Source of the DNA: Hypanus sabinus
Lineage: Eukaryota
NCBI RefSeq assembly: GCF_030144855.1
Contig: NC_082710.1
Span: 133,052,001 to 133,116,000, forward strand
Reading direction: 5' to 3'
Length of the DNA: 64,000 bases
Part shown: positions 62,291 to 64,000 of the stretch, piece after piece
Layout of the letters: each line of letters opens with the position of its first letter
How positions within the stretch are numbered: the first letter of the stretch is position 1
The notes under the pieces: model-generated
What the model saw: the letters and a program-made list of their open reading frames with translations, nothing else
What the model was told of the DNA's origin: nothing
Database searches by the model: none
Program-made: the position numbers and the translations under genes

Positions 62291-63379
62291 CTTGCTGCAG
62301 GTTCCATCATCTGCATTCTCTTGTGGAAATGTTGTTTGTCTCTCTGACAGCTCTTCTGTCCACAAAGCCCTTTGTTGGTTTAAATAACGGGCTGTTCGCC
62401 ACCTCCCACTGAGTGAATAGGTGTGTAAATATTGAGAGACAGATGTACACTGACAGAATATGTTGTAGTGAAGATGATAAAGTCATGAGATGTCGCATTA
62501 TCGTAGTATATGTTCTGATAAATGGTTGTTACCTAGAGATCAAAGTGGGCTTATTATCGACATTACACAACCTTGAGAATCGTCTCCTTACAGTCGGCCA
62601 CAAGACAAAGAAACCCAAGAAAGACCATTATATAAAAGTCCGTCAGACACCTAATGTGCTGAAAAAAATATTGCAAACAATAAAAGCAAGCAAATTGTGT
62701 TCGGAACTGATGTCCACAGATGAGAGTCTGTGCACAGACGTGAAGCCACTGCCTCGCTCATCACTAAGCTGAGTATACATCGTGGAGCAGCAAGTGGAAC
62801 CCGCATCTGGCCCCAGTACCCTGAGCTTTTCAATCTGGCCCGGTGCTTAAATCGTCTAAACGTCAGGTTCTGTCGCTTTGATATGCTCTGGGGCCTGTAC
62901 CATGCTGCCTCAATTCGGCCTGGCACTTCAATCATTGTCTAGACATTGGGTTAAGTAGATTTGATACGCACTGGTGCATGGACTTCACTGCCTCAATTCA
63001 GCCTGAACCCAACCTTTCCAATTCCATCTTTCCTCGCTCTTGGCAACAGGCCCCCAGCCTTGCCTTGCTTCAGTCCTGCCACATCAAATCACTTCCTAGT
63101 CTAAAGGGGAGTTATAGACTATTGTTTGCGCTGATCGTTTACCAGAAAAAGTGTGATTAATAAAGTATGTATTTGTTTTCTTTGCTGTGTTTGCCAGCAA
63201 TAGGTAGTCCCTAAGCTTCACCAGCACCATCTTAAACCGGAGAGGAGTATTGCTTCAAAGTTAAGGGGAATAAATATTGGTACATCATGGAAGGAAAGAC
63301 TGGCTGTCTACATTTTCAGAAGACTCCCTTACTGTGGACCTAATTGAGGGTGTGTCATTTGATTGTCCAATAGATAGGC

Positions 63380-63615
63380 TTCAGGCTGACAGTTCAGTGC
63401 AGTACCCGGGAAGTTTTGTGCTGTTGTAAGCTGGCCTTCAGGTGAGACCCTGATCAGTTTACTTGAATCGTTGTGCAACTGTAGGCTATTTGTCCTGTCA
63501 AATTTGTTCCTCCACAGCTGGGGTTAAAGATTCCATATCTCCCAGCAATAATTCGCTAGGAACATTCCTGTAACTCTGCCCAATATTCATCCTTTAAACA
63601 GTATCAAAAAATGAA
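63380..63615 (+). mobile_element. Ancient Deu-domain SINE remnant (SacSINE1/AmnSINE1-like)
   Basis: AGGCTGACA.TTCAGTGCAGTAC...AAAGATTCCAT...CCAATATTCATCC resembles the Deu domain as I recall it; highly diverged. Confidence 0.5.
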
Positions 63616-63769
63616 TGGATTGAGAAGTTCCGCTGAGTGATAACTGTTTTTGTCGAAAGCCTCATAACTAATTGTGATTGGATAATTACTGCTCATATTG
63701 CATTGCATAATGAATTGATTTTGTGTCTCATGCCTTGACATGCAAGCAGGTGTGTGGTTAGCAAACACG

Positions 63770-64000
63770 CTCAAAGCTATCTTGACTCCACTTTTACCTA
63801 TCACAATAAAACCCGACTCCCTTCTGTGGACTCTGCCTATACTTCTCGCTGCCTCGGAAGAACCGCCAACAGAATCAGAGAACTTGCCCATCCCGGACAT
63901 TATTTTCTTCCTTCCCATCAGGCAGAAGATACAAAAGCCTGAAAGCACATACCGCCAGGCTCAAGGGCAGCTTCTACCCCGCTGCTGTCATAAGAATCTT
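63770..64000 (+). mobile_element. Rex1-type 3' fragment running off the window
   Basis: LPSVDSAYTSRCLGRTANRIRELAHPGH. Confidence 0.75.

Noticed and set aside
18846-64000. Further TBC1D4 exons or another host gene
   Set aside because: No exon-2 peptide (VISSIRQ...KFEVLYCG) or other recognisable host protein was found; the short ORFs are TE fragments or noise.

Overview
This window is eukaryotic, repeat-dense vertebrate DNA. Its repeat types (CR1/HER1-type LINEs, V-SINEs, Deu-SINEs, Rex1, Penelope) suggest a cartilaginous fish; that assignment is inference. The only recognisable host gene is TBC1D4 (AS160). Its promoter and first coding exon lie at about 17.5-18.85 kb on the + strand, and the remaining ~45 kb appears to be intron 1. 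Everything else is transposon-derived. Main elements: (1) a compact, recently inactivated CsRn1-clade Ty3/Gypsy element (1-4095) with a tRNA-Trp PBS, CHCC gag and a canonical -1 frameshift signal; (2) a near-intact esterase-ORF1 CR1 LINE and many CR1/Rex1 fragments; (3) Nimb, RTE and Tx1 fragments, plus mariner, Tc1 and hAT MITEs and solo LTRs; (4) at least 10 Penelope-like terminal fragments, several retaining minimal hammerhead-ribozyme motifs; (5) a rearranged sushi-like chromovirus relic with an inverted pol and two very dissimilar LTRs inside a single TSD. A ~400-bp diverged direct repeat brackets the TBC1D4 promoter and exon 1. I found no convincing novel protein-coding system. The most interesting signals are RNA-structural or architectural. 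Family assignments come from recognised motifs, not database searches, and the boundaries of old repeats are approximate.
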